DNA from: Candidatus Methanosuratincola verstraetei | GTDB taxonomy: Archaea; Thermoproteota; Methanomethylicia; Methanomethylicales; Methanomethylicaceae | Assembly (NCBI GenBank): GCA_049570475.1 | Contig: CP186953.1 | Coordinates: forward strand, 736,001 to 800,000 | DNA length: 64,000 bases | Reading direction: 5' to 3' | Part shown: in pieces, positions 49,901 to 60,102 of the stretch | Layout of the letters: the number at the start of each line of letters is the position of its first letter | How positions within the stretch are numbered: position 1 is the first letter of the stretch | The notes under the pieces: generated by a model | The model's database searches: none | What the model saw: only the letters and a program-made list of their open reading frames with translations | Told to the model about the DNA's origin: nothing | Program-made: the position numbers and the translations under genes

Positions 49901-50425
49901 CAGTACAGCGGTCTGAGGTTCTCAATCCATACTGAAAGGATCGATCGGGGTCCCCTTACGACGCTCTATGATCAAATAAAGTCGATGATTGACAAAGTAG
50001 AGAGGCAGTTATGCCTAGCAGACAAAATTCTGGCTGTAGACTGTACCGACGTTGCAGAGAGGCTGCTAAAGCATCACTTCATACCAGACCTGGCGGGCAA
50101 CTTGAGGGCGTTTTCGACCCAAAATCTAAGATGCACGAAGTGTGGGGCAAAGTACCGCAGGATGCCGCTGAAAGGCATATGCCTGAAGTGCCAGGGGAAC
50201 GTGATTTTAACTGTGCACCAGGGAAACGTCAAGAAGTATCTTGAAGCGGCTACCACTCTCGCTGAAAGATACAATCTGAGCCCCTTTGTCAAGCAGCAGA
50301 TAGCGCTTATCGGCAGAGGCCTCAATATGCTGATAAACGAAGACCAAGAAAATGAGGAGAATAGAAACGCCAAAAATCATTCAGAAAAGGCAATTGACCT
50401 GAAGCAGTTCATCGGGTCACAGTGA
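46973..50425 (+). CDS. polC: DNA polymerase D large subunit (DP2)
   Basis: RSAGGT, GGFRLRYGR.R, RMGRPEK, HAAKRRNCDGDED, C-terminal Zn finger. Confidence 0.97.
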   Translation: MTSGEHSEYFQLLENRTSELYSLAQEARKKGLDPKEYVEIYKAQDLASRVEGLIGLKGVAERIRELDLKYSREQTGFTIIEEIVNGKYGKFEDEKAADYAMRTALAIVTEGITAAPLQGIEKLKIKTNPDGSKYLAVYYAGPMRSAGGTEQALTVLFAEKIRKLLHLDRYKITEEEIGRFIEELRLYERKVSNFQYHPSDDDLRRLLPNIPIEITGPQTDNIQVSVYRNLPRIETNCVRGGALRVVNDGVYGKASKLKKVVEKLGFTDWDWLTKIKKEEKKEEKEFTGISPDIKYLVDIVGGRPIFAHPSRFGGFRLRYGRARNTGLACVGINPVTMIILESFIAVGTQLRVERPGKSATITPVDGIEGPIVKLKNGDVLRLEDEVTAERVKEQVDKILFLGDMSVAYGEFLENNHRLMPPGYCEEIWAEEMKLEIKQKFNGRNDLASDRLGIMVERFNDFINHPTLVKPTPEEALSISKVLGAPLHPRYTYFWERLKVGEIIAIKKWFTSERQGNRFKLPQKEVKEFLELACIPHRKVEGMLVFDDLPILEALLSSEKTSSLRSPLEFLSETSGIVLRAKGRSFIGARMGRPEKARERVMSPPTHVLFPVGLAGGPQRDLVKAASNKSFVTTINIRHCRKCNRTTYERVCSICGEMTVKIYKCNNCNQRNYFTCESGKEVCPQCGAEAVPYEQRSISLEEFPKLVRKYGIRKDAAIKGVKGLSNPTKVPEILDKGFLRSKHKIFVYKDGTVRYDITNAPLTHFKPAEAHVSVEKLKALGYTKDIFGKDLNEPDQILELKVQDVIVPKSCGEYLLRAARYVDEMLTKTYGMAPFYNLNSYEDLVGHIVIGLAPHTSAGIIGRVIGFTEAKVCYAHPFWHAAKRRNCDGDEDAIMLALEAFIDFSKAYLPDKIGGLMDAPLVVTTTIDPTEVDDECHNMETTAPLPLEFYRMCEEYREPKEALKCLNIVKDKLRTPEQYSGLRFSIHTERIDRGPLTTLYDQIKSMIDKVERQLCLADKILAVDCTDVAERLLKHHFIPDLAGNLRAFSTQNLRCTKCGAKYRRMPLKGICLKCQGNVILTVHQGNVKKYLEAATTLAERYNLSPFVKQQIALIGRGLNMLINEDQENEENRNAKNHSEKAIDLKQFIGSQ

Positions 50426-51247
50426 CTTCACCAGATCGATGTCAAAGATGATCCCAACCACCTTATCCCGGAGGTTTGTGACGGGCAACTGATCTATGTT
50501 ATGCCTTAGCATTATGTTCGCGCATTCGGCTATAGTTGATGATTCACTGATGGTTATACATGGGGTGGACATGATCTGATGGAAAGGAATGGAAGGCAAA
50601 GAAATCCTCTCTTTGGAGATATAGAGCACTGAGGAAGTCTCCCAATCCCATTCTTGGGACTCTGATCCGGACTTCAAGACGGACTTTTTTTCTTCCAATT
50701 TCATCTCTACTAGTCGTATCAAATCGGTGTTTGAGACGATGCCAGCAATTCTTTCTTCATTGTCCAGCACAAGGGCGACATACTCCCCGGCCATGTGCAT
50801 TATTTGGCTTGCTATGTTAACAGGGGTCGAGCCCCAAATTGCTAACATTTTTTTGCGCATATAATCAGAGACCCTTGCAGTCGAGGAGGAATTGGCGATT
50901 ATTTTGTGGACTATATCGCCCACTGTAATGATCCCCTTCAACTCTCCCTTCGAGACTACCGGAATCCTTCGAAAGCCCTTCTCTTTCATTATACGCAGGC
51001 ATTCATCAAAGGAAGCGTCAATATCCAGACTAATTACGTTCCTGTTCATTATGAGAGCGATCTGCTCCTCATCAGGGTGCCTCAGGATATCTTCTCTGGT
51101 GATTATTCCTACCAGTTGTTTCGTTCCCTTTTTTACAGCAGGCATCCCAGAGATCTTCTTTTCCTGTAGAATCCTGAGGACCTGATCCCTGCTTCCTGGG
51201 ACTTCTACGTACATTACATTTTGGTTCATCAAATCAGATACTTTCAA
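50417..51247 (-). CDS. Four-CBS-domain protein
   Basis: VPGSR, GIITR.D, RRIPVV, W.WE, IDQLPV. Confidence 0.88.
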   Translation of the reverse strand: MKVSDLMNQNVMYVEVPGSRDQVLRILQEKKISGMPAVKKGTKQLVGIITREDILRHPDEEQIALIMNRNVISLDIDASFDECLRIMKEKGFRRIPVVSKGELKGIITVGDIVHKIIANSSSTARVSDYMRKKMLAIWGSTPVNIASQIMHMAGEYVALVLDNEERIAGIVSNTDLIRLVEMKLEEKKSVLKSGSESQEWDWETSSVLYISKERISLPSIPFHQIMSTPCITISESSTIAECANIMLRHNIDQLPVTNLRDKVVGIIFDIDLVKSL

Positions 51248-51280
51248 ACGCTATCGCCTTATGAATTTCAATTATCAGAT

Positions 51281-52600
51281 TTATCTTATCTTTATATGCT
51301 GATAGGCATCGGTTTGGTTAGAGAAGCAGTATTGGACCTTCTGGAACGGGGCACGCAGCTCTGAAACCTTTTGGGCCACTTCCTTTGGATCGTCCCCATC
51401 AACTATAACTGACTTCATCAATTCAGCGATCTCTACCATCTCTGATTTCTTCATCCCAAGGCGTGTCAATTCCTGTGTACCAAGCCGGATCCCGCCAGGA
51501 GCCCTGTAGTCCCTCCCCATCTTCTTGTCGTAAGGAAGAAGGTTCCTGTTCACGATAATGTTAGCAGCTTCCAATTTCTTCTCAATTTCAAAGCCGTTGC
51601 CGTATTTGGTGACGTCAACTAGAACTATGTGCGACTCAGTAAATCCTCTCTTTTCATAGAGGGCATCTATGCCGCGCTCATAAAGAGCTTGTGCTAAGGC
51701 CTTGGAATTCATCACAATCGCCCTTGCGTATTCCTTGTAGAATTCCATAGCCTCCGCGAATGCTATTGCAACCCCTGCCACTGCATGAAGATGGTGATTG
51801 CTCGACAAACCAGGGAAAACAGCCTTCTTTAATGGTTCTGCGTACTTTTCCCATGAAACGATGGTACCATGCTGCGGACCTGCCAGGGTCTTGTGGGTGC
51901 TCATAGTCATGGCGTCCACGCCGTCGTTCAGGGGGTCTTGAAAGATCCCGCCAGCAATTAGGCCTGCTACATGAGCGGCATCGTAAACTACCTTCGCACC
52001 GTAAGTCTTCGCAAGATCCACTATCTCCTTAACGGGGTGTGGGAAGAGAAACACGCTCGCGCCAAGGATAAACATCTTCGGTTTTTTGCCCTGAGCATCC
52101 AATTCACGAACCATCTTCTCGGTCTCGTCTAGATCGATGTTGAAATCATCTATATCAAATGGATAATTCTGAACGTCAAGCTTCCTTATCAATCCGGCCG
52201 TGCCGCCCAACTTCTCCTTGGCATGGCTTATGTGACCCCCAGTTGGTATGGAGCACGAGAAGATCACATCCCCCGGGTTGGTGAATGCGGAGAAGGTCGC
52301 CAGGTTTGCGAAAACGCCTGAGATGGGTCTTACGTCAACAAATTCGCCATGGAAGAGGGCTTTCCCCAATTCGATCGCAATGCTCTCGACTTCATCTAGA
52401 TATTTACACCCCGCATAAACACGCTCGCCAACCCAGCCTTCGGCATATCGGTTTCCAAAATCGCTTGCCAAGGCTTCCCTAACCGAAGGGCTCGGGACGT
52501 TTTCGCTGGCTATCATTGGTAAGGAGGTTGTTAATGCACGGTGGTGATCCTCTATACTTTTCAGGACGCGCTCGAACTTTTCTCTGTTTGAATCTGGCAT
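51281..52600 (-). CDS. glyA: Serine hydroxymethyltransferase
   Basis: IASEN, YAEG, GGHISH, DAAH, STHKTL.GP, GIRLGT. Confidence 0.95.
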   Translation of the reverse strand: MPDSNREKFERVLKSIEDHHRALTTSLPMIASENVPSPSVREALASDFGNRYAEGWVGERVYAGCKYLDEVESIAIELGKALFHGEFVDVRPISGVFANLATFSAFTNPGDVIFSCSIPTGGHISHAKEKLGGTAGLIRKLDVQNYPFDIDDFNIDLDETEKMVRELDAQGKKPKMFILGASVFLFPHPVKEIVDLAKTYGAKVVYDAAHVAGLIAGGIFQDPLNDGVDAMTMSTHKTLAGPQHGTIVSWEKYAEPLKKAVFPGLSSNHHLHAVAGVAIAFAEAMEFYKEYARAIVMNSKALAQALYERGIDALYEKRGFTESHIVLVDVTKYGNGFEIEKKLEAANIIVNRNLLPYDKKMGRDYRAPGGIRLGTQELTRLGMKKSEMVEIAELMKSVIVDGDDPKEVAQKVSELRAPFQKVQYCFSNQTDAYQHIKIR

Positions 52601-52700
52601 AGAGATGCCTCCTAGCAAGAAACAACTTATTATTGGATTAAGGGCATAATATACATAATGTTTAAAAATAATGGAGTGATCTCCTGAAGAGGTGGTTGCT

Positions 52701-52868
52701 TTGCCAGGTAAGCAGAAAGAAAGGGCGCCAATGCCAATGTCTGGCGCGGGGTTGATGAGGTTCTTCGAAGATGAGACGCATGGAATAAAGATAAGACCCC
52801 ACTACGTCGTTATTGCATCGATCATGCTGATGGGGACCGTAATTCTGGCACATGTCCTCTTCGGCTAG
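52701..52868 (+). CDS. secG: Preprotein translocase subunit Sec61beta/SecG
   Basis: Manual translation: ...MSGAGLMRFFEDE..GIKI.P followed by one TM; 55 aa, below the ORF-track cutoff. Confidence 0.88.
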   Translation: MPGKQKERAPMPMSGAGLMRFFEDETHGIKIRPHYVVIASIMLMGTVILAHVLFG

Positions 52869-52872
52869 TTAG

Positions 52873-53868
52873 CTAGACTTCAAGAGGGGCTGAATCGAAC
52901 CCCAACCTTTTAAGTTTGTTAGCAAAGATTTCTGAGTAACCGTGGATCGTATAGACTTTTTTCGGGTTGCATTCTTTAACGAAGCTCAATAGTTGCAGGT
53001 AATCAGCATGGCTGCTGAGGACGAAAGTTGTGTCAGCGCTTCTTTTTCCGAAGGTCAGCCCCCAACCGGTTACTGTCGCCACCCTGGCTCTCGGGTATAC
53101 CATCTTTATAGCCCTGCTATTGAGGGAAGTTGGGAAGAGGCATACGCAATTACCTGACTTGAGTATTTCCTCTCCAGCACCGGCTAGGTCATAAAAAGCC
53201 AGGTCTCCCCCGAACGAGTTCACGGTTGCATTTGCCCTCGTTATTGAAGGGTGTGTGACTACCGGGATTGAGGTGAAGAGGTTGAACAGCCGCGTAATCT
53301 CCTGTGCCTTTCCGACGGGGTAAACCAGGAAGCAAGGGATATCGCCATGCATTATTGTGGAGGCAGCCCACTGAACTATCTGGTCATAGACGTCCTCACG
53401 GCTGGGGAAAACAAAGTCTGGACGGCCATAGGTTGTCTCGATAACGAGAATATCACATTCCTGAGGGGAGATGGCATTCTGGGTTAATGTATTAGCAAAA
53501 TTGAAGTCTCCCGTGTAAAAAAAAGTCACATTGTCATGCACTAGAAGGAGCGCTGCTGAACCAAAAACATGCCCGGAATTCACCACTTTTAGTCTCGTGT
53601 CATGGACGGAGAGACTCTGACCATAGGCGCATGATACGACGTTTTTTGTCTTTCGATCAGCGACTGCTTCGTAGAGTGCGGCTGTCTCTTTAGTCGAATA
53701 CTTGATTTTGTTGGAGTCGGTAAAGGCATTAGTGTGGTCCATGTGGGCGTGGGAAATGAATGCAAAGTCTGCGGACTCGACCTTTTTCATAGGGTCGAGA
53801 ACTATGGAAAACCCTTTTGACTCCACAAGAACCCCGTTCTGCCATTTTACCGAGAACAAACACCGCAC
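52873..53868 (-). CDS. MBL-fold beta-CASP nuclease
   Basis: SHAHMDH, GHVFGS, YTGD, ETTYG, GKAQE, SSHAD. Confidence 0.9.
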   Translation of the reverse strand: MRCLFSVKWQNGVLVESKGFSIVLDPMKKVESADFAFISHAHMDHTNAFTDSNKIKYSTKETAALYEAVADRKTKNVVSCAYGQSLSVHDTRLKVVNSGHVFGSAALLLVHDNVTFFYTGDFNFANTLTQNAISPQECDILVIETTYGRPDFVFPSREDVYDQIVQWAASTIMHGDIPCFLVYPVGKAQEITRLFNLFTSIPVVTHPSITRANATVNSFGGDLAFYDLAGAGEEILKSGNCVCLFPTSLNSRAIKMVYPRARVATVTGWGLTFGKRSADTTFVLSSHADYLQLLSFVKECNPKKVYTIHGYSEIFANKLKRLGFDSAPLEV

Positions 53869-53942
53869 CCGACATACAGGGTTCTTCTGAATAAGTTTTT
53901 AACTTTTGTTGAATAGCAAGTTATCGATGAGATGATAATCAG

Positions 53943-55724
53943 TTGGACTTTACTTCTCAATTGATGAAAAAGTATAGATCTTTTTTTAGTTTGCCCAGCA
54001 AATCAATCTTAGCAGTCCAAATCATGCTTATTGGAATGTTGTTTTGCACCATCTCATACTGGCTTGCATTGGGCTCAGAAGGGATCACTGTTGGTCTGAT
54101 TGACGGTGCGATCTCGCTTGGTTTGTCAGGAATAATATGCGGACATATGATATGCAAGAAGGACGGGTTTTTGACTGCAAGGAGAGCGTTAGGCCTGATT
54201 TTATTCGGAATAATTTTTGTCGGGATTGGCATATTGATTGGCGGGCTATTAGCCAAGGCATTTGTAAACAGTTTGATCCTCGAGCGAACATATTTCCTGA
54301 CTTGCGGAGTCGTAGTTGTTTACGAATACATAGTTATTGCGGCAGTTTCCAAGGATAAAGGCATCAGAGAGTTGTTTGAAAGCCTGGCGCAACCGACTTC
54401 AATAGTACTCGTGCATTCAGCTGTGATCTTTATTTTTGAAGGGATCCTTTTTGCTTATGGAGTTCTCATGTTTATCCTGACTTGCGCAGTCTCAATCATG
54501 ACTGCGAAACTCTATTATTCAAGGATAGAGGACGTTGGGAAAAAAATCCTTGGCGTTGGGAGCGTTTCCTTGTTCAGGTCTTTCATAGCCTCATTCATTC
54601 TTGACGAAAGCGAATTTCTTGAAAATGACCTGAAAAGGCTTTCAGTTACCAAGGATGTTGAAATCAGGACACTCAGTTTCAAAAATGAAAATGGAAGATG
54701 TCTCCTTGTTGCTCCCTTAGTTCACCCGGGTCCTTTTAGAAACGTGGGGGGCGCGGCATTGCCTACTGCCCTGGCCGAAAGCTTAGCTGGGGCAGGGATA
54801 GTCCCGCTCATATTCCACACCCCCACGACCCACGAAGACGATCCAGTCTCAAGCGAGGATTGCAGGAGGGCAATAAGCGCAGTGATTAACGCCAATTACT
54901 CCGAAGGCGATTTCAAAGCCTCAAAGCCATCGAGCAGCAAGGTGGGAAGGGTCACAGTCACCGTCCAGATTTTTGGTAAAACCCCCCTTATTGTGATTAC
55001 CAGATCCCCTATCCCCACAGAGGATTTGCCTAGGCATGTGCACGACATCTGCATCAAAAAATTAGCCGAAAAAGGCTATTTTGATGGAGTCGTGGTGGAT
55101 GCACATAATTCGATGGACAAGGAATATGAGCCTTTTGAAAAACAAGATGAGGAAGATCTCCTTGCAGCTTTAGAAAAGTCTTTGGCGGCAGCCGAGGAAA
55201 CGGGAGACTTGTTTGCAGGCTTTTCGCAGTCAAGGCTCGAGGGGTTCACCAGGAAGGACGGAATTGGCGAAGGCGGAGTAATGGTTCTGGTAACCCAAGT
55301 CAACAGCTGCAAGGCAGCCTTCGTCTCGCTTGACGGTAACAACCTTATGTGCGGCATCAGGGAAAGAATAAAAGAAGAGCTCTCAAAGATCGGGTACGAG
55401 ATTTCTGAGATAGCAACCACAGACACGCATGTGGTGACGGGCACAGCTGGAGGGCAAGGGTACCACGTCCTCGGAAAGATCGTTCCAGAGGGGGCGCTAA
55501 TCAAAAAAATAGTCAAAACTGTAAAAGAGGCGGAGTCTAAGATCTCCAAGTGTGGAGTCGAATTTTCTAAACACGTTTTAAGGGACGTGAACCTGCTCGG
55601 GCAGCAAGGGCTTGAAGTGCTGTGGTCGCTGACCGAAGAGTCGATACATGTTGCAAAACGGGGGATAGTTTGGTTACTCGGGGCACCCATCATTTTTGCT
55701 ACCGTGCTTTTTTTAATTTTTTGA
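53943..55724 (+). CDS. DUF2070 family membrane protein
   Basis: TM N-terminus; HPGPF, H...TH, DAHN, DGNN, TTDTH. Confidence 0.88.
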   Translation: MDFTSQLMKKYRSFFSLPSKSILAVQIMLIGMLFCTISYWLALGSEGITVGLIDGAISLGLSGIICGHMICKKDGFLTARRALGLILFGIIFVGIGILIGGLLAKAFVNSLILERTYFLTCGVVVVYEYIVIAAVSKDKGIRELFESLAQPTSIVLVHSAVIFIFEGILFAYGVLMFILTCAVSIMTAKLYYSRIEDVGKKILGVGSVSLFRSFIASFILDESEFLENDLKRLSVTKDVEIRTLSFKNENGRCLLVAPLVHPGPFRNVGGAALPTALAESLAGAGIVPLIFHTPTTHEDDPVSSEDCRRAISAVINANYSEGDFKASKPSSSKVGRVTVTVQIFGKTPLIVITRSPIPTEDLPRHVHDICIKKLAEKGYFDGVVVDAHNSMDKEYEPFEKQDEEDLLAALEKSLAAAEETGDLFAGFSQSRLEGFTRKDGIGEGGVMVLVTQVNSCKAAFVSLDGNNLMCGIRERIKEELSKIGYEISEIATTDTHVVTGTAGGQGYHVLGKIVPEGALIKKIVKTVKEAESKISKCGVEFSKHVLRDVNLLGQQGLEVLWSLTEESIHVAKRGIVWLLGAPIIFATVLFLIF

Positions 55725-55968
55725 ATCACACACTCGACTTCCAGTCACATTTGTCGGATCGAGTCACGGCATCCATGGAAAATGAAGGTTTTTCATAGGA
55801 TCATCATCAACTCATGATAATAGAAGAATATCAAGGGTTTGGCATGATGCACGATCATGCTGTTTGATGGTGTTTCTAGTAGTCCTCATGGGCCTCTTTC
55901 TTTAAATTCCAAGAAAGGTGCCGATTCAAGACGTCTCTCTTTGATATTGTTGTGATTCGTGATATTAA

Positions 55969-58287
55969 TCACAAGATACGCGAAGAAGCAACAAGGGATT
56001 GTCCTAAGGAAACGCAACCATCTCCGCAAGGATAATTTTTATGGTTTATGAATTTTTTGTTATTTTTTAAAACTTTAGATTTTATGGAATTATAAATTAA
56101 AATGTTTGCAGCCGCCCCTCCTGTGAGTCCGATTGTTTCAATGCCATATTGTTCGGCCAGCAGGCATGCAACCTCGGCCAGAGAGTTGCCTATACATTTG
56201 TGCAGCGCAAAAGCAATATCTTTATTGTTGAAACGATTTTTTATATCAAAAATTTCATTTACTAATTTACCGGTCTTAAATACATATACTCCATTTTCTC
56301 TTACATACTCAAGCATTAGTTCAATTTCGCCTGGATTGCCAGAAAGTGCTAGAGACTCCAAGCGCATAGGAGGCTCCCCCTCATACGTCCTTAGCCAGCA
56401 AACATCAAGTGCAACAGAGAGTGCGTCCAAAAATCTGCCTAAACTTGTTGTTTTTAATGCCCCTGGTTCTTTGCACTGTTTTAAAACTATCCTTAATTCT
56501 TCAATTCCATGTTTAAAGTACTTATTTGCATTATTTTCTAACAGTTTTTCAACATCTGAATTAGACATTGTTGAGCTTAGGATCGAGGCAAGCATCCGGG
56601 CAGGGTAATACGCGCACATGTCCCCTCCTGGCATTGCATGCGGCTCAAGATGCGCTACACGAGTGAAATCGGAGTACCCAGCGACGATTATCTCTCCACC
56701 CCACGAATTTCCGTCAAGTCCATAGCCAGCCCCGTCTATCACTATTGCCAAAATGCGCTCATCCAAGCCAATCCCATTCTCAGCCATCAATGCAGCGGCA
56801 TGCGCGTGGTGATGCTGAACGTGGATGATGGAGGAACCCACTTCTTCAGAGAGCTCCTCTGCGTAACGTCTTGTCAAGAAGGCTGGATTCATGTCGCAAG
56901 CGATCACATCAGGTTTTTTAAGGTCATACGTTTTTTCAATAAAGGTAATTGCATTTTTCATAAAATCCAAAGTTTCTAGTTCGTCAACATCTCCTATGTG
57001 TTGTGTCGTTATAATTTGATCTTTCACAAAAAGAGAGGCATTATTGTTCAATTCTCCACCTAGACCAAGTATGTACTTATTGCCTACCGACCACCCAACA
57101 CGAAGGTAAGATGGAGAGTACCCACGGGATTTTCTCAGAAAGACGCTATCAGCTCCCAAAGATTTAATCACAGAGTCGTCACACCGATTTACGATTTCCC
57201 TGTTGTGGATTAGGAAGTAGTCTGCAACGCCATTTAGCTCGGTCAGGGCAGTTTTTTCATCGATAATCATCGGCCTGCCAGGATAATTTGCAGAAGTCAT
57301 AACCAGAGCTTCCTTTTGGAAAGCGCGCAATAAAAGAAGATGAATACCTGTGTAGGGCAGCATGACGCCTATGAAGTTAAGGCCGGGAGCCACAGAGTCT
57401 GCGAGATTGTATGCGTCTGATTTTTTCATGAGGACAATAGGACGGGCTGGGGAGAGCAGTAGCTGAGCGTCGACCGCCCCTACTTCTGCAAAGTGTTTTA
57501 TTTTTTCGATTGAAAGAGACATTATTGCGAATGGTTGTTTGGGGCGACGTCTTCTTCTCCTTAGCTCCGATACCGAGGACTCATCTAAGGCGTTTACGGC
57601 TAAGTGAAAACCACCAATCCCCTTAATTGCAACAATTGAACCCTCTAAAAGCAACTCGGCTGCCGAACAAATTGGATCTTTTGATTCTACTTTTTTTCCA
57701 GAAGCATCTAAAAGTGTCAATTTTGGGCCACATTGCGGGCATGCAAAACCTTGCGCATCATACCTGCGATCTTTTGGATCGAGATACTCGCGCAGGCATT
57801 CAGGACAAAAAGGAAAGGCGCCCATCGACGTGTTCACACGATCGTACGGTAGTTTGCGAATCATTGTGAAGCGCGGACCACATTGCGCACACGAAGTGAA
57901 AGGGTAGCCACTATACCGACTTTCACCTATAATTTCTGTGATACATAAATCACAGATACCCAGATCCACAGGTATCACAGATCTCACAGAAATTATTCTT
58001 TCCTGGCTTTCCGAGATCCTAAATCCCGAGAAGTCATAGCTGGGCTCGCTCCAAGTTATCTCAATCTCATCTATGCGTGAAACAGAGGGTTTCTTCTTTG
58101 GAATGTCTTCAATAAACTCCTTAAGAGCAGACTCGTCGCCTTCAACAACCACCTCGACGCCAGCATCTGCCAAATTCGAAACAAATCCGCAAAGTCCCTT
58201 GGAGGTCGCCAGGCTATAGATAAAAGGTCTAAAGCCGACTCCTTGGACTGACCCTCGGATGTAAAGATGTGCGCGCCGAACCCCCAT
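55969..58287 (-). CDS. hypF: Hydrogenase maturation carbamoyltransferase
   Basis: VQGVGFRPF, two CxxC-x18-CxxC motifs, KGIGGFHL, QHHHAH, GDG.VSLGQ. Confidence 0.95.
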   Translation of the reverse strand: MGVRRAHLYIRGSVQGVGFRPFIYSLATSKGLCGFVSNLADAGVEVVVEGDESALKEFIEDIPKKKPSVSRIDEIEITWSEPSYDFSGFRISESQERIISVRSVIPVDLGICDLCITEIIGESRYSGYPFTSCAQCGPRFTMIRKLPYDRVNTSMGAFPFCPECLREYLDPKDRRYDAQGFACPQCGPKLTLLDASGKKVESKDPICSAAELLLEGSIVAIKGIGGFHLAVNALDESSVSELRRRRRRPKQPFAIMSLSIEKIKHFAEVGAVDAQLLLSPARPIVLMKKSDAYNLADSVAPGLNFIGVMLPYTGIHLLLLRAFQKEALVMTSANYPGRPMIIDEKTALTELNGVADYFLIHNREIVNRCDDSVIKSLGADSVFLRKSRGYSPSYLRVGWSVGNKYILGLGGELNNNASLFVKDQIITTQHIGDVDELETLDFMKNAITFIEKTYDLKKPDVIACDMNPAFLTRRYAEELSEEVGSSIIHVQHHHAHAAALMAENGIGLDERILAIVIDGAGYGLDGNSWGGEIIVAGYSDFTRVAHLEPHAMPGGDMCAYYPARMLASILSSTMSNSDVEKLLENNANKYFKHGIEELRIVLKQCKEPGALKTTSLGRFLDALSVALDVCWLRTYEGEPPMRLESLALSGNPGEIELMLEYVRENGVYVFKTGKLVNEIFDIKNRFNNKDIAFALHKCIGNSLAEVACLLAEQYGIETIGLTGGAAANILIYNSIKSKVLKNNKKFINHKNYPCGDGCVSLGQSLVASSRIL

Positions 58288-58344
58288 ACACTACACCATA
58301 ACCTAAATAATCATCATCTAGATATTATCAAAAGAGGCTATTAT

Positions 58345-58908
58345 ATGGTCTCTTTGCCCACTCCGCACGATATCAGGGCAATGAGAAAGAAGGCTGGACT
58401 GACTCAAGCACAACTAGCGAAAAAGGCCGGTGTGAGCCAGGCACTAATTGCCAGGATTGAAGCAGGAAGCATCGATCCGAGAATATCCACTTTGCGCAAG
58501 ATCCTCGCGGCGCTAAATGCCGGAGAAGGGAATAAGGCCAAAATAAAAGATGTAATGCATACTCCAATAATAACCATTGGAATTGACGAGACCATCGAGA
58601 AGGCAGTAGAGTTAATGTGGAAAAATGGCATTTCACAACTTCCCGTCGTAGAAAATGAGAAGGTTGTGGGAAGCATAAGGGAGGAGACAATACTAAAAGA
58701 AGTCGCCAAAGGATCGATAAAAGACCTCTTTAAACAAAAAGTCGAAAGTTTTGTGGAGGACGGATTTCCTATTGTGAGCATTAACACAGACATTGACGAA
58801 GTAGTACGCTTATTGTCTACTAAGAGCCCTGCCGTCCTAGTGAGTGATCATGGAACGATGGTAGGAATCGTGACCAAAATAGACCTAATCGCCAAGCATT
58901 CGTTGTGA
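58345..58908 (+). CDS. XRE-HTH + CBS regulator
   Basis: GLTQAQLA..AGVSQ.LIARIE.G..DP plus a CBS pair. Confidence 0.9.
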   Translation: MVSLPTPHDIRAMRKKAGLTQAQLAKKAGVSQALIARIEAGSIDPRISTLRKILAALNAGEGNKAKIKDVMHTPIITIGIDETIEKAVELMWKNGISQLPVVENEKVVGSIREETILKEVAKGSIKDLFKQKVESFVEDGFPIVSINTDIDEVVRLLSTKSPAVLVSDHGTMVGIVTKIDLIAKHSL

Positions 58909-59058
58909 TTGTGAGGATTTAGTGATATTAAATCACGCTGATGTGAGTGGTAGTGCACAGGTAAATAAATTTTTGTGATAACAAGTCACTCACAACCGAA
59001 AACCTTAAAATATCAAAATTACAAAGTGATATTAAGATGCGCTACAAAGGTGTCATGA

Positions 59059-59691
59059 GTGAGCTTCCAAGACAGAAGCGAGAAAGTGATGGACGAATTC
59101 AAGGTTGAGCTTGCGCTTCTAAGGAGAGATCTAGTGGAAAGACTGAGGAGGATAGAAGAGTATATCACCTTCTTGGAGTCGGACATTGGCAGAATAAGAC
59201 TGGATCTACAGAGGATCAACGACAAGATCACAGACATTGCGGATAGAGATGCCGGACAACCCAACATAACCAGCATTCCAACAATTCCGAAGTCGCAGGA
59301 AACAACTAAAACAGAGCCGAGCAGACTTCAACCGCCCTTGCAGACCCAGACGCCAATACAAGAACTGGCAACGATACCTTCAACAACACCAACACCTACG
59401 GCCCTACGAACTGCGACCCCAGATCAGAAGGCACCTGAACGCAAAGAATCTCTGAACCAAACCGAAATTGCCATCATAAAGTACTTGATTGAGAACCCGA
59501 GCACAAAAAGCGCTACGCCAATTGCGTCCGCAATTAACAAAGCCAGGGAACATGTAGCCAGGACTTTGAAGAAGTTGGCTGATGAGAAGAAAATAATCAG
59601 GGACGAAACGACCTGGCCTTATTCATACATTGTGCCCGAGGAGATCAAGAAGATTGTGCTCGAGGAGACGCAGCCCTCCGCACAGGTCTAA
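59059..59691 (+). CDS. Coiled coil + Pro/Thr-rich linker + winged-HTH protein
   Basis: Heptad N-terminus; LNQTE..I..., REH.AR.LKKL, P..Y. Confidence 0.75.
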   Translation: MSFQDRSEKVMDEFKVELALLRRDLVERLRRIEEYITFLESDIGRIRLDLQRINDKITDIADRDAGQPNITSIPTIPKSQETTKTEPSRLQPPLQTQTPIQELATIPSTTPTPTALRTATPDQKAPERKESLNQTEIAIIKYLIENPSTKSATPIASAINKAREHVARTLKKLADEKKIIRDETTWPYSYIVPEEIKKIVLEETQPSAQV

Positions 59692-59694
59692 AAA

Positions 59695-60102
59695 TCACAG
59701 CTCATTAACCATTCTCAAGTCTATCTTATCAGCAGGCAGGTCGGATACCAACCTATATTGCCAACAAGCCCTGTTTCCTTTTCGTTCCAGATATCCATTA
59801 CTATAGAGCCTCGTTAAGTATGTGGAAATAGTACTAGGCTTGATTGGTTCATGAAAACGTTCTTGGAACAGGAGAGACAAATCCTTGCTCGTGAACCAGA
59901 CTTTGCTCAAGTCCTCGGTAATCACATTGAGAAGTTTTTCTTTAGTGGTCTTTGTAGTTGTGGATGTGGGTGTTTGAACTGTGGTTTCATTATCTATAAT
60001 CTGCAGAATCTTGAGGAGCTTGTCTTTGGCCGTTTGCCCACTTAACGCTACTGTGATTTGTTCGCCGTTAGTGTCACAGATTTCGATCTTAATGCGTTTC
60101 AC
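59695..60102 (-). CDS. Winged-HTH DNA-binding protein
   Basis: WFTSKD, STISTYL.RL...GYLER.G. Confidence 0.75.
   Translation of the reverse strand: MKRIKIEICDTNGEQITVALSGQTAKDKLLKILQIIDNETTVQTPTSTTTKTTKEKLLNVITEDLSKVWFTSKDLSLLFQERFHEPIKPSTISTYLTRLYSNGYLERKGNRACWQYRLVSDLPADKIDLRMVNEL

Noticed and set aside
46973-50425. Intein in PolD
   Set aside because: Normal length, and HAAKRRNCDGDED is uninterrupted.
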